A DNA stretch of 64,000 nucleotides from an uncultured virus (IMG/VR IMGVR_UViG_3300000478_000004) (IMGVR_UViG_3300000478_000004), one strand, 5' to 3'. Positions 20,399 through 30,871 are shown, counted from the stretch's first letter. Translations and numbers: made by a program. The notes: a model not told the origin generated them from the letters alone.

Positions 20399-23300
20399 AA
20401 CGTACTGCTGACATGAAGTCCTACTACAAAGAGGAAAACCTATATCAGGGTGCCTACGGCTCTGTCCTGTACCTTCCCCGTATAGACGTCCTAAGCCAGT
20501 TATCTCTTGACCCATTTCAATTGTCCGAGGCCTATAAGCAGCAGAAAAGTAAGGATAAGGCCAAGTCTAAGAGCAAGAACAAGAATAAGAATGATTTTGG
20601 CGTAGGAGAAGTAGAAGACGAGGACGAAGAGCTTCTAGACGATGTCTTGGATTCTTCTTACACAGGTACGGTAATTCAGGTACCTGTTCCTCCACCGCCC
20701 AACGAGGCTATGGTTAATGATAGGACCGGCAAGAAGTTTCCTTTGGGTACAAAAACTGACCCAAGTACTGGAGAGCCTCTTCGCAGAGTAGACTCTGTTC
20801 TACAAAAAAGGGCTATCCGAAATCAGATCATATATTCTGACCCAGACCATGGTCTAGTCTACTACGTGGATAAGGACGGAACAATATCCAACGTTCAATT
20901 GGGTCATCTGCTTCCTCTTGCGGATAATAAGAACCTCATTCTGTCTACATTGGACATAAAAATACCAGTAAAGTCTAAGTTTACAGACGCCTCTGGTTCA
21001 TCCAAGTCATGGGCAGCAGATCGTATGGAGTCTCTGTTCTTTGTGGACCCCAAGGATGACAGTCCTGAGGCCAGCGCAAAAAGAGAACGACTTCTTTCCC
21101 GAACGTCTACCAACATCGAAAGTAGTTCAGGCGTTCCTCTTTTCATGTATGCGAGGAGCCCAGACTTTAAGGAATTTGTGCACTCTGAGCTTCGTTCTTT
21201 GGAGGAACGATACAAGAGAGGTTCATTGGCAGTTAGGCCCCGAGGCAAGGGCGCAAAGAACTCTATTCTAGGTGAGTACTACTCTCAGCTAATTACAGCT
21301 GTTTTGTTCGCAGAGAAGTACGAATCCATGTTCTCTTCCATTCAGGAAGAAGAGAGCAAGGTTTTGAACGTAGATCCCAAGGATGCACCAGAGGTACCTC
21401 ACATTAAAAAGGATACTAGGTTTCTTCCTCACCAAGCATACTCCCTTGCGTTCTTGAAAGAGCGCAAGGCGGCCATGATTGATGCCGACCCTGGTGCGGG
21501 AAAGACTCTGATGCTTCTTGCTGACGTCTTGGACAAAATGAATCGAGGATTGGTTCAGCGTCCTTGCATTGTCATGCCTAATTCTCTTCTGTCCGACCAG
21601 AAGAAGGAACTCGAAGAGTGGACGCAGGGAACAGTAAACTTTATTGTCATCAATACGGATACAGTCAAAAGAAGTGACCCCGACGCTGGAACCCTAGAAA
21701 AAGGAACCAGAAAAGGCCTTCCCAAGGAAGGCAACAAACTAAAGGGACTTCAGGAACTGACTAAGATAATTCGTTCTGCTCCTAAAAACACCATTCTCAT
21801 GACCAGTTACGATTGGCTGCGTGGAGGGGAAGAAGATAAGGTAGAAACTGCCTCCGGAACCAGGTACAGAAATCCTAGCTGGCTTGTTACCAAAATAGGT
21901 ATAGATATGCTTGTTTTGGACGAGTCACACGTTGTTCGTCTTAATTCTGGTGGAGAGGCCTCCGGAAGAGCAGAAGCTATACTACAGATGTCTTCTCTCG
22001 TTCCTTACAAGCGATGCTACTCTGGAACTGTAGCTCCCTCCTCTCCTGACGATTTGTTCCTTCAGATGTCTTTCCTGGACCCTTCTGTTCTGGGTAACAG
22101 AAAGGGATTCCTAGACAAGTACGCACTTTCCGTGTCTAGGTCCAAGAAGGTTGAAGAGTTTAAGCCTGGAGCCATCAAGCAAATCAGGGACCTAGTATCT
22201 CGTCGTGTTGGTGTGTCCATACGTAGAAGTGCGTGGCTAAACGAACTTCCCTCCATCAAGGTCAATTACCACAAGGCTACCCTTACTGGACCACAGAGAA
22301 TTGTATACGAGAGACTTCTCGACAGGATCATAAAAGAGGAACTTCTTGGGGAACTGGAGCCAGGAACCGTAGGTCTTGAGTTACAAAAGGCCATGAGGGA
22401 CCAGTATGCCTCTAACCCTCTTGCACGAGATAAGGTATCACAGTGGCAGAAGCCTTCCTCCGCCTCCTTTACTTCTTACGATAGTGAAGTTGGGGAGTTC
22501 GTGGACATGGAATACTCCCTGTCTGACGACGAAGAGGATAGTAAGGACCTTCGTAAAGAGAAGGAGAATCTTCTCACAGACGTAAAGATGGATCAGGCAC
22601 TGCTCAGAAGTCTTCAGGACCCCTCTAAGGGCTTTGAGGAGTGGAAGCAGTTGGGCGGCGGTAAGGGAGTTAGAGGAGAAGACCTTGCCACCGCATTCAA
22701 GTCAGCCCAGCAACGAGTAGCTAAGCTATGGCAGAGGTACGAGGCAATCCAGGGAGAAGTGGACGACGCTCCTGACGTAGATGACTTCAAGCCTCTCCTA
22801 ACTAAGTTCATCGCTATAGATAAGTTTTTGAACTTCCCTCCTTCTGACGAGTTTGGGCAGCATTTCCTTTTTGATGATGAGGACCGAACCAGTCCAAAAA
22901 TAAAGGTCATAGATAGACTTCTGGCTAGTCATTTTGCCGATCCTAACAACGGAAAGGTGATCATATTCACTCACTATCAGGACGTAGCCAGGCACATATC
23001 TGAATCTATTCAGATGGCGTCTAAGGCGGTTTTCTACAAGGCAGGAGAGACCAAGGCGCTAGCCAGGTTTAAGAAGGATCCGTCTGTACAGATTCTTGTG
23101 GCCGTAGAGCAGTCCATCCAAGAAGGTCAAAACCTTCAGATGGCAAACCGCATCATTCGTGTGGACCTTCCTTGGAACCCAGGAAATTACGAGCAGTCTA
23201 TTGCCAGAAGCTACCGTCTTCCTCCTAAGGATCCTGACGCCGCACGCTATTCGACTGTGTACGTGGACCTAGTTCTGTGCGAGGGTACAGCGGAGCTTAC

Positions 23301-24753
23301 CAAATTTGCTCGTATGGTTTCTAAGATGCACGCTGTTCGTCAGCTAGTCTCTGGTTATTCTTCCTCCTCCAGGTTTAAGCTAGTAGGAATGAGTCTACAG
23401 AACATGCAGATGTTCAATACCTTTGCTGCAGTTCAAAGGCACATCGACGCGTTCAAGGAGATGAGAGACTACGAGCAGGAGGAAGCTAAGCAAGCTCCTA
23501 GGATTTTCGGTACTGAATCTTTCTCTTTGGCTACAGGGGAAGAGATGGAGGGCTCTGAGAAGATAGAGACTCCCATAGTAGAGTCAGATCTTGGCAGGGG
23601 TCCTTGGAATGTAAGCCCTTCCAAAATGCGCAAGGGTGTAATCAATCCACGTCTCTCTTACTTTAATGGGGCCTTCTGGCTTCTGCTTGAGTACATTGCT
23701 GGCATGAAATTCCTCATAGAGGGGTTAAATACAATGGAGACAGAAGGGATTCTGTACCATTCCTTCTCATCTCCCCGCGAAGCACTTCAACTGCTTTCCG
23801 ACCTTCGTGAGAAGGGGATTTACGTTGTAAATCAACAGTCCTTGTTACCCAAGATCACGGGCAAAGTACCTGTTGACCCACGGTTTCCTCAGTCCAAGAT
23901 AGACTACTCCAAGTTGGTAACCACCGCCTCGGTTGTCACTGCTTCATCCTTGGACGATATCCCAAACTCTCGTCCAGGTGACGCCGCAACAAAGCAGATA
24001 TTGGCGTACAACCCGTCACAGGACCAGCTTCGTGCTGCTCGTGCTCTACTTGCCAAGTCGGGGAAGGAAATCTCTGACCTTCACGTTTTAGCTGCTGCTA
24101 AGATGCTTGGTCTGTTCAATCTAGACCCCTCTTCTATCGACCCACGAAACTTTTATAAGAAGACCTTCCGTTTCACCATCTTTAGTCAAAACAAGAAGGT
24201 CCTTCAGAGCCAGCTCTCTGCTGTGGTGGAGAGTCCAGCCACCCCTGCCCAACAGGCAGAATCTCCAGTTGAAGACGATTCCTCCATCCCAGGAATAGAT
24301 GATCAGCCCACCGCCGTAGGTATTCCTGTTGAGCTTGACGTGGCTATCATGGGCACCGTAAAGGGATCCCGCCTTGTTCGTTACCCTGTTTTCTTTATTT
24401 CTGGGTCCTCCTCCTTTTTGTCGCCTGGTCTGATGGATAAGGCTATGGAGATTCTGAAGGGCTCAGGATTCACACACAGCGCCAACTCTATGCGTTGGGT
24501 TTTGTTAGGCGAAACCAAAGCTCAGGCTAAAGCATCGCTCCAGGAATTTGCGCGAAAGGTGTACTGGAGATACACTCTAGGGAACCCAGAAAGTTTCTTG
24601 GATGACATGAGGTCTGTCGGCATGACGGACTCAGAGATAGAGGACATCTTCCCTAGAGAGGAGTTCACTGCTATGGCTAGGCTGGCGTCTCTTGTCCGTG
24701 CTTACCCAGAATTCGCCTCTCTCACAAAGTCTATCTTTGTAGAAGGCTCGTGA
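20395..24753 (+). CDS. Large SNF2/SWI2-family helicase-like ATPase
   Basis: LPHQ Q-motif, Walker A DPGAGKT, DESH, SGT, KVIIFT, and EGQNLQMANRIIRVDLPWNPGNYEQSIARSYR (motifs V-VI), with long N- and C-terminal extensions. Confidence 0.9.
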   Translation: MKRTADMKSYYKEENLYQGAYGSVLYLPRIDVLSQLSLDPFQLSEAYKQQKSKDKAKSKSKNKNKNDFGVGEVEDEDEELLDDVLDSSYTGTVIQVPVPPPPNEAMVNDRTGKKFPLGTKTDPSTGEPLRRVDSVLQKRAIRNQIIYSDPDHGLVYYVDKDGTISNVQLGHLLPLADNKNLILSTLDIKIPVKSKFTDASGSSKSWAADRMESLFFVDPKDDSPEASAKRERLLSRTSTNIESSSGVPLFMYARSPDFKEFVHSELRSLEERYKRGSLAVRPRGKGAKNSILGEYYSQLITAVLFAEKYESMFSSIQEEESKVLNVDPKDAPEVPHIKKDTRFLPHQAYSLAFLKERKAAMIDADPGAGKTLMLLADVLDKMNRGLVQRPCIVMPNSLLSDQKKELEEWTQGTVNFIVINTDTVKRSDPDAGTLEKGTRKGLPKEGNKLKGLQELTKIIRSAPKNTILMTSYDWLRGGEEDKVETASGTRYRNPSWLVTKIGIDMLVLDESHVVRLNSGGEASGRAEAILQMSSLVPYKRCYSGTVAPSSPDDLFLQMSFLDPSVLGNRKGFLDKYALSVSRSKKVEEFKPGAIKQIRDLVSRRVGVSIRRSAWLNELPSIKVNYHKATLTGPQRIVYERLLDRIIKEELLGELEPGTVGLELQKAMRDQYASNPLARDKVSQWQKPSSASFTSYDSEVGEFVDMEYSLSDDEEDSKDLRKEKENLLTDVKMDQALLRSLQDPSKGFEEWKQLGGGKGVRGEDLATAFKSAQQRVAKLWQRYEAIQGEVDDAPDVDDFKPLLTKFIAIDKFLNFPPSDEFGQHFLFDDEDRTSPKIKVIDRLLASHFADPNNGKVIIFTHYQDVARHISESIQMASKAVFYKAGETKALARFKKDPSVQILVAVEQSIQEGQNLQMANRIIRVDLPWNPGNYEQSIARSYRLPPKDPDAARYSTVYVDLVLCEGTAELTKFARMVSKMHAVRQLVSGYSSSSRFKLVGMSLQNMQMFNTFAAVQRHIDAFKEMRDYEQEEAKQAPRIFGTESFSLATGEEMEGSEKIETPIVESDLGRGPWNVSPSKMRKGVINPRLSYFNGAFWLLLEYIAGMKFLIEGLNTMETEGILYHSFSSPREALQLLSDLREKGIYVVNQQSLLPKITGKVPVDPRFPQSKIDYSKLVTTASVVTASSLDDIPNSRPGDAATKQILAYNPSQDQLRAARALLAKSGKEISDLHVLAAAKMLGLFNLDPSSIDPRNFYKKTFRFTIFSQNKKVLQSQLSAVVESPATPAQQAESPVEDDSSIPGIDDQPTAVGIPVELDVAIMGTVKGSRLVRYPVFFISGSSSFLSPGLMDKAMEILKGSGFTHSANSMRWVLLGETKAQAKASLQEFARKVYWRYTLGNPESFLDDMRSVGMTDSEIEDIFPREEFTAMARLASLVRAYPEFASLTKSIFVEGS

Positions 24754-24754
24754 T

Positions 24755-25108
24755 ATGGGATGCAATTGTAGGGGAGGGTCAACTAGAAAAAGACCCTCCA
24801 CCCTCCCATCCCCTACCCCACGCGGCTCTCTTTGCGTCACACTGGAGGCAGAAGGAAACAACCTAACCGTTTCTGTTTCCTCTGTGGGTCGTCTTCATCT
24901 AAATCCTCCCTTTTCCTCTGGTCTTTCTGTGCCCTCCTTGCTTCAAAGCATTGGGTGCAAGGGACCATTTGCCCGTGCTCTTCTTGCTGCGGACCTTAAG
25001 TTGATGTCCATTTACTCCAACAGCGTGCTGAAGGACAGGTTTCTCTCTTCTCTTCCTGGTCCTAATCTGAAGCTAGGGTTCTTGCGTGATATACTTCGAT
25101 CGTTTTGA
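24755..25108 (+). CDS. Hypothetical protein (N-terminal MGCNC)
   Basis: 117-aa ORF filling the gap between the helicase and the polymerase. Confidence 0.5.
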   Translation: MGCNCRGGSTRKRPSTLPSPTPRGSLCVTLEAEGNNLTVSVSSVGRLHLNPPFSSGLSVPSLLQSIGCKGPFARALLAADLKLMSIYSNSVLKDRFLSSLPGPNLKLGFLRDILRSF

Positions 25109-25124
25109 CTGTAAATAGTGCTTG

Positions 25125-27968
25125 ATGCGCAAGCAGCACCGCCACGAACAGGTCTACTGCTCCGGATGTCCCATCTACAGAGAGAAGGGCCACCGCACTA
25201 CCTATGTACCTACCGATATATACTATAGTGATGTAGGTCCTGACGAGGAGACTCCAAAGGTAGACGTTCTCGTTATAGGCGAATCCGTTAGCAGAGTGGA
25301 GGATAACACAGGAGTCTCGTTTACTGGTGAGGCCGGAAACGAGATGCGCCAGGCATTGTCTAAGGCGGGGGTGGGAGAATCCTTTGCTCTTGCTAATTTG
25401 GTCAGGTGCAGGCCAACCAACGAGGATGGTTCTGGTAGAGACCCTTCTCTTGAAGAGATTACCGCCTGCTCCAACTACACTAAGAAGGACATAGAACTTC
25501 TAAATCCAAGTGTCATAATCTACGCAGGAACTCAGCCTCTTCAGGCACTGAACCCCAATCCTTCATGGAACGGAAAATCTTCCGGGTCCGTCAGTGGTCA
25601 GATATATAAGAGCGAAGGTAAGACACACCTAGTTACCCTGCACCCTTCTTCTTTTACTAAAACAGGTAACGCACCCAGAAGGAGAAAGTTCTACAGACAG
25701 ATTAGCTCTGTTCACTATCTTTTAACCGGTGAGGAAACGAAGTGGTCCAGAAAGGGTGACATAGTTCTCTGCGACACGAGAGAAAAGGTTGATGAGGCTA
25801 TAAAGTACTTTTTGGCTGCAAAAAAGCCAATAGCTTTCGACTTTGAGACAAAGAACCTAAATCATGTAGCCAAAAATAAGGTAGCTACACTTCAGCTATC
25901 TGCAGACGCAAATTTAGCTTACGTTTTTCCGCTACAGCATTGGGATTCCCCATGGAAGAGCAGGGATGACCTAAAATACGTCAGGCGCAAACTACGCAAG
26001 TTGTTTACCTCTTCCGACTCATCTTTCCCTTTTTGGATTGCTCACAACTCCCAGTTTGATATTTCTGTTGCCTTACGCTTTTTTAGGATAGCTAGCTTCG
26101 CTAAGCCCGTCATAGACACACAGTTCCTGGCTTACTTGCAGGATGAAAATCAGGTAGGTTCTGATGACGACAAGGGCTCTAGTGAGTTCAACACCTTCAG
26201 ATTGAAGGAACTTGCCCGTGAACTTCTTGGCTTTTACCTCTACGATACAGAACTTTCTGACGCAATGGCTGCCCGTCATGGCGCCCACGGCGGTAGTCTT
26301 TGGGATCTTCCTCTTGACCGTCTTTCCGCCTACGGTGGAACAGACGCCTACGTTACGTTCAGGCTCTTCTACTACTACAAGAGATGGTTAGATAAGCAGG
26401 GGTATGATACTGCCCTAAAGTTTGCCCTACGTTGGTACGGAAGGGTTTCCTTCCTGCTGTCCAAGATGAGTACAGCAGGCTTTTATGTAGACAAGGACCA
26501 ACTAGACTTTCTTCTTTCTGACGAGTCTCCTATCATCTCTAGGTTGGAGGAAATACCACAGCTATTGTATGCCTCCAAGCAGGCCAAGGTCGCCAACGAC
26601 CTCGTTCTTGGCGATGACCCACGCACAAAGGGAATGCGTCCACTCTTTGGAAAGAAGCCTTGGGCTCTAGACCTGGACAAGAAGGTTCACAAGGTACATT
26701 TCTTTGTAGGTTCTTGCGATCTCAAGCCTCTTTCTCATGGTAAGGACGGAAAGCCAAGTATCAATAAAGCGTTTTTCGAGGAGTACAAAGACCATCCTTT
26801 GGTAGCTCTTTATCAAGAGTATTCTGGTCTCTACAAGCTTAGGTCTTCCTACCTGAACAGCGTTGGTGACATCCTCTTTTCTAAAGAAGACAACTCTGCA
26901 GATGGAAGTATTCATGCCGGTTTTCATGCCATACGAACGGTGACCGGTCGGCTGTCCTCATCCAATCCAAACCTTCAGCAGTTGCCTAAAGGAGACCCCT
27001 GGACAGCAAAGGCCTTCATCAGGTCTATGTACGGTGCTCGACCAGGCTACATGATAATCGAGTGCGACTACGGTCAAGCAGAAGTTAGGTGGTGGGCTCA
27101 AATTTCCAGAGACTCAGCGTACGCCGCGCTCTTCTCCGACATGAAAGCACTTAGAGAAGAGTACAAGAGAACTGGCGACCCTATCCTAGGAAAGAGAGTA
27201 GCTGAGGAATGCGACATCCATCGTAAGGTCGCCGCTATCATGTTTAGAAAGCCTTTGTCAGAAGTGACAAAGGACGAGAGAAAGAAAGCGAAGAGCCTTT
27301 GCTTTGGCTCTGTGTACGGACAGCACTACAAGACCTTGGCCTCTATTCTAGGCATTAGCCCTGATGACGCTCTAGAGCTTCAGGCGACTTTCATCCAGGA
27401 GTTCCCGCGTGCTGGCCGCTGGCTTACTGAGATTGAAGACTACGCTCGTCTTCACGGTGTAGTGTCTTCACCCATGGGAAGACGCAGGCACCTGGCAGAC
27501 CTGCTTGCGTTGGACGAAGGTGCCATGTCGAGAAGGGCTCGTAACTCTCCCATACAGGCAGTCTCTTCTGACACAACTGCTTTGGCTGCTTGGCGAATTA
27601 TGCAGTGGATAGACGAAAACAAGAGACCTTATCGTGTAATTAACTGTGTTCACGACGCCATCACTCTAGAGGTGCCTATAGACCTGGGCATGGCAGAGGA
27701 GGCTGTCTGGCTTTTCGACACCATGATGGTGGAAACTATTCCAGATTTCCTTAAGCAAGAATTCGACATAGACATGATTGTTCCTATGGAGATTGATTTT
27801 GACTTTGGTGTTCGATGGGGTCACATGCTTGGATATGATGGGGTTCGTTCCAAGCTGCCCGCCCTAGTTGAGTCCTGCTCTTCTTGGGACGAGGAACTTA
27901 AGAGGGGAGTCCCTTGGCACGAGATCGCTTCCAGAGAAGTTAGGTTTCAAGAAAAGAAGGCTGCATAA
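25125..27968 (+). CDS. polA: Family A DNA polymerase with an N-terminal family-4 uracil-DNA-glycosylase-like domain and a 3'-5' exonuclease
   Basis: UDG-like: CSGC, VIGE...ED..G..F.GEAG, NLVRCRP, C, TLHPS. Exonuclease: FDFET, AHNSQFD, YGGTDA. Polymerase: TGRLSSSNPNLQQ, DYGQAE, RKKAK..CFG..YG, NSPIQ, VHDA. Confidence 0.93.
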   Translation: MRKQHRHEQVYCSGCPIYREKGHRTTYVPTDIYYSDVGPDEETPKVDVLVIGESVSRVEDNTGVSFTGEAGNEMRQALSKAGVGESFALANLVRCRPTNEDGSGRDPSLEEITACSNYTKKDIELLNPSVIIYAGTQPLQALNPNPSWNGKSSGSVSGQIYKSEGKTHLVTLHPSSFTKTGNAPRRRKFYRQISSVHYLLTGEETKWSRKGDIVLCDTREKVDEAIKYFLAAKKPIAFDFETKNLNHVAKNKVATLQLSADANLAYVFPLQHWDSPWKSRDDLKYVRRKLRKLFTSSDSSFPFWIAHNSQFDISVALRFFRIASFAKPVIDTQFLAYLQDENQVGSDDDKGSSEFNTFRLKELARELLGFYLYDTELSDAMAARHGAHGGSLWDLPLDRLSAYGGTDAYVTFRLFYYYKRWLDKQGYDTALKFALRWYGRVSFLLSKMSTAGFYVDKDQLDFLLSDESPIISRLEEIPQLLYASKQAKVANDLVLGDDPRTKGMRPLFGKKPWALDLDKKVHKVHFFVGSCDLKPLSHGKDGKPSINKAFFEEYKDHPLVALYQEYSGLYKLRSSYLNSVGDILFSKEDNSADGSIHAGFHAIRTVTGRLSSSNPNLQQLPKGDPWTAKAFIRSMYGARPGYMIIECDYGQAEVRWWAQISRDSAYAALFSDMKALREEYKRTGDPILGKRVAEECDIHRKVAAIMFRKPLSEVTKDERKKAKSLCFGSVYGQHYKTLASILGISPDDALELQATFIQEFPRAGRWLTEIEDYARLHGVVSSPMGRRRHLADLLALDEGAMSRRARNSPIQAVSSDTTALAAWRIMQWIDENKRPYRVINCVHDAITLEVPIDLGMAEEAVWLFDTMMVETIPDFLKQEFDIDMIVPMEIDFDFGVRWGHMLGYDGVRSKLPALVESCSSWDEELKRGVPWHEIASREVRFQEKKAA

Positions 27969-28354
27969 TGACTACTGATTTAGACGACTGGGAGGGTGAC
28001 CTAGACCCTCGACTTCTTGGTATAGGAGTTCTTCTTCGGACTCACTTGGAATGCTCTGTGTCTGTGGAGGATGACAAGATGGTAGCAGGCGGCATGGCCA
28101 TCCTCTCTTTAAACAAGACCAACAGAAAGGTGTCTGTGTCCTTCCACAGAGACTGTCACCCATTGTGGGCAACTACTGTCGTCCTCATTGTTCTTTCTAT
28201 AGTGAGTGCTTCTGAATCAGAATTTACCGAGTGTTTTATAGCGGACACAAGAGGCTTACTCATATTCGAAAATGAAACAGGGTTTAACTTGGCCAGGATT
28301 CAGTATTTGAGGGACCTGGTTGGGTCTCACCTTCCGAAATCCTTTTCCTCCTGA
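27968..28354 (+). CDS. Hypothetical protein
   Basis: 128 aa with a TAATG overlap. Confidence 0.55.
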   Translation: MTTDLDDWEGDLDPRLLGIGVLLRTHLECSVSVEDDKMVAGGMAILSLNKTNRKVSVSFHRDCHPLWATTVVLIVLSIVSASESEFTECFIADTRGLLIFENETGFNLARIQYLRDLVGSHLPKSFSS

Positions 28355-28367
28355 CCCCAGGACTTCC

Positions 28368-30209
28368 ATGTCTAGATACAGTGCAGATAACATTCAGGTT
28401 CTTGAGGACCTTGAACACGTGCGTAAAAGACCGGGGATGTACATCGGAAGCCAGGACTCCGAAGGCATATTCCACATTTTGAAGGAGTGTCACGATAATT
28501 CTGTAGACGAGTATTTAGAAGGTCACGCTACCTATGTGGAGGTAGAGATAGACACTTCTACTCATACCTTTCGTGTGTTAGACGACGGACGAGGAATACC
28601 TGTAGAAACGCACAAGAAAACGGGAGTCTCTACACTCATAACCGTCTTTACTAATCTACAGGCTGGAAGCAAATTTAACAAGAACTCCTATGCTGTATCC
28701 GTAGGACTTCATGGAGTAGGACTTAAGGCTACAAACGCGCTAAGTTCAAGCCTAACAGCAAGGGTATGGCGTGCGGGCAAGTGTTACGAACAGTCTTTTT
28801 CCCGCGGTGCCCCGGTAACGAGTTCTCCCACCCCTAATAAATCACTAAATCAACGGGGCAGAACAGGTACTGAGGTAGTGTTCACTCCCGACCCAAAGAT
28901 ATTTGGAAAGAACAGAATAGACACAGCACGTGTGCATAGGTGGTTAGAAGAAACTAGTCACCTTTGTCCGGGCCTGAAAGTGTACCTGATTCTTGACGGG
29001 GTTAGAACCGAGTTTTTCAGCCAGGGGTTGCGTCAGCTTGTTTCTCAAAGAGCCGACGGGCACGAGGCTCTTCACGACCCCATCTACATCACCTCCACGA
29101 CAGGTGACGTGTCCGCTTCCTTTCTGTGGACAGAAGCAGAGGGTGATAATTGGTTCTCTGCCTGCAACGCTTCCTCTACCCCAGAAGGTGGAAGACACGT
29201 AGACGGGGCCACGAAGGCAGTGCAGGACGTCTTGGCTCCCTACGCCAAGAAAAAGACCGTTGACGTCAGGGACTTAGTGGACGGTCTATTCGCTGCTGTC
29301 CAGGTTCTTGTTCCAGAGCCCCAGTTCAAGAGCCAGACCAAGTGCAAGCTCCTCAACCCTGAGGTTAAAGACGCAGTGTACGCTTCTGCCTACCCTCAAC
29401 TTAAGGCATTCTTCGACCAGAACCCAAAGATAGCTGACAAAATAGTAACCCGTGCACTGCACCTTAAAAAGGCGAGGGAAAGCTATAAGAAGCTTCGTGC
29501 TGTAGTAGGAAAAACCACCCTAAAAAAAGAATCTAGGGGCATACTTCCAGACAAGTTGGTGGAAGCTACCAAATGTAAGGTTCATGAAAGAGAACTATTC
29601 GTTGTGGAAGGCGATTCTGCTGGCGGTAGTGCTAAGGTTGCTCGGGACCCTTACTATCAAGAGGTCCTTCCTCTAAAGGGAAAGGTTCCGAACGCAGTAC
29701 AGACATCTCCTGATAAGTTGTTTGCCCACAGCGAAATCTCTTCTTTGATGACAGCGATAGGCGTTCAGTTGGGCCCTAAGGGTAAGGGAGTAGACTTATC
29801 ACAGGTTAGGGTCGGCAAGGTATTTCTTCTTATGGATGCAGACCCTGATGGTTCCCATATTGCTAGTCTTGTCCTTTCTTTTTTCTGTGTGTGGTTGAGC
29901 GATTTTGTTCGTGGCGGCTACCTTTATGTTGTGGACAGCCCTTTGTTTGTGGGTGTGTACAAGGATAAGCGCTGGTATGCACACTCTTTGACCGAGCTTG
30001 AGGAGTTGTCTGGCATGAGTGCCAGTAAGATGCTGGTATCACGACTTAAGGGTCACGGAGAAGCATCTGCAAGTGAGCTACGCCATTATGCTATGAATCC
30101 TGCCACTCGAAAACTTTGGAGCATTTCTCTAGGAAAGAACGACAAAGAGGTGATTATGTCACTCATGGGGTCGGATTCTTCCTCTAGAAAGTCGCTTCTT
30201 GGTGTCTGA
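28368..30209 (+). CDS. Type IIA topoisomerase B subunit (GyrB/ParE-like)
   Basis: ATG 28368. VRKRPGMYIG, DNSVDE, DDGRGIP, GLHGVG, TOPRIM VEGDSAGGS, PLKGK, DADPDGSHI. Confidence 0.95.
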   Translation: MSRYSADNIQVLEDLEHVRKRPGMYIGSQDSEGIFHILKECHDNSVDEYLEGHATYVEVEIDTSTHTFRVLDDGRGIPVETHKKTGVSTLITVFTNLQAGSKFNKNSYAVSVGLHGVGLKATNALSSSLTARVWRAGKCYEQSFSRGAPVTSSPTPNKSLNQRGRTGTEVVFTPDPKIFGKNRIDTARVHRWLEETSHLCPGLKVYLILDGVRTEFFSQGLRQLVSQRADGHEALHDPIYITSTTGDVSASFLWTEAEGDNWFSACNASSTPEGGRHVDGATKAVQDVLAPYAKKKTVDVRDLVDGLFAAVQVLVPEPQFKSQTKCKLLNPEVKDAVYASAYPQLKAFFDQNPKIADKIVTRALHLKKARESYKKLRAVVGKTTLKKESRGILPDKLVEATKCKVHERELFVVEGDSAGGSAKVARDPYYQEVLPLKGKVPNAVQTSPDKLFAHSEISSLMTAIGVQLGPKGKGVDLSQVRVGKVFLLMDADPDGSHIASLVLSFFCVWLSDFVRGGYLYVVDSPLFVGVYKDKRWYAHSLTELEELSGMSASKMLVSRLKGHGEASASELRHYAMNPATRKLWSISLGKNDKEVIMSLMGSDSSSRKSLLGV

Positions 30210-30220
30210 TAGGAGATTTT

Positions 30221-30871
30221 ATGTTTTCATGGTTCAAATCACTCAGTACAGTAAACAAGGTAATGGTAGGAGGTATTGCTCTCCTCTTCTTGGCTGTGGC
30301 CATTCTACTTCCAGTGGCCATATTGACGCACGAAGAGGCTGGGTTGCTTACTGCGTGTGACACCCCCAACGGTTCTTTGAACTATGACGGTCAGTGTTTT
30401 GAGGTCAAGTGGGACAAGGAGCAGTTTCCTCTATCCGTGTCCATCTATACAGACAACAGGCACCCACCCGCAGACCCGGACGATGCGCTGTCTTACGTGA
30501 TAGACCTTCTTAACGCACGGTTGGGGTTCCCTGCCCTGCAGAAGTCGTCCTCTCCAAATGCAGATATAAGAATTGAATTTGAGGCAGCGGCTGCGGTTGG
30601 GGATAGCTGGTTGTCTGATGCCAGTGGTGCTGTTTTGCACCATCGAAGAGATGACGGAAGCCTATGGTGTGAAGTTAGAACGTGGAACAACGGCACAGTT
30701 GAGATGGTAGACAAGGTTTTGACTCATGAACTAGGTCACTGTCTTGGTTTGGCTCATGATGACTTCGCCTCCTCCGCCATGTACTACTCCGTAGAGCCGG
30801 ACGGCCCAGTTTTGTCCCGTCTTCGCATAACGGATCATGACCGCAAACTGCTTCGCGATCTGTATAGATGA
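30221..30871 (+). CDS. Membrane-anchored matrixin-like (metzincin, M10) metalloprotease
   Basis: N-terminal TM, HELGHCLGLAH zinc motif, and a Met-turn (SAM). Confidence 0.85.
   Translation: MFSWFKSLSTVNKVMVGGIALLFLAVAILLPVAILTHEEAGLLTACDTPNGSLNYDGQCFEVKWDKEQFPLSVSIYTDNRHPPADPDDALSYVIDLLNARLGFPALQKSSSPNADIRIEFEAAAAVGDSWLSDASGAVLHHRRDDGSLWCEVRTWNNGTVEMVDKVLTHELGHCLGLAHDDFASSAMYYSVEPDGPVLSRLRITDHDRKLLRDLYR

Noticed and set aside
22340..22800. Possible intein in the SNF2 helicase
   Set aside because: No C/S start with a terminal HN, and no LAGLIDADG blocks; it looks like a charged helical insert.
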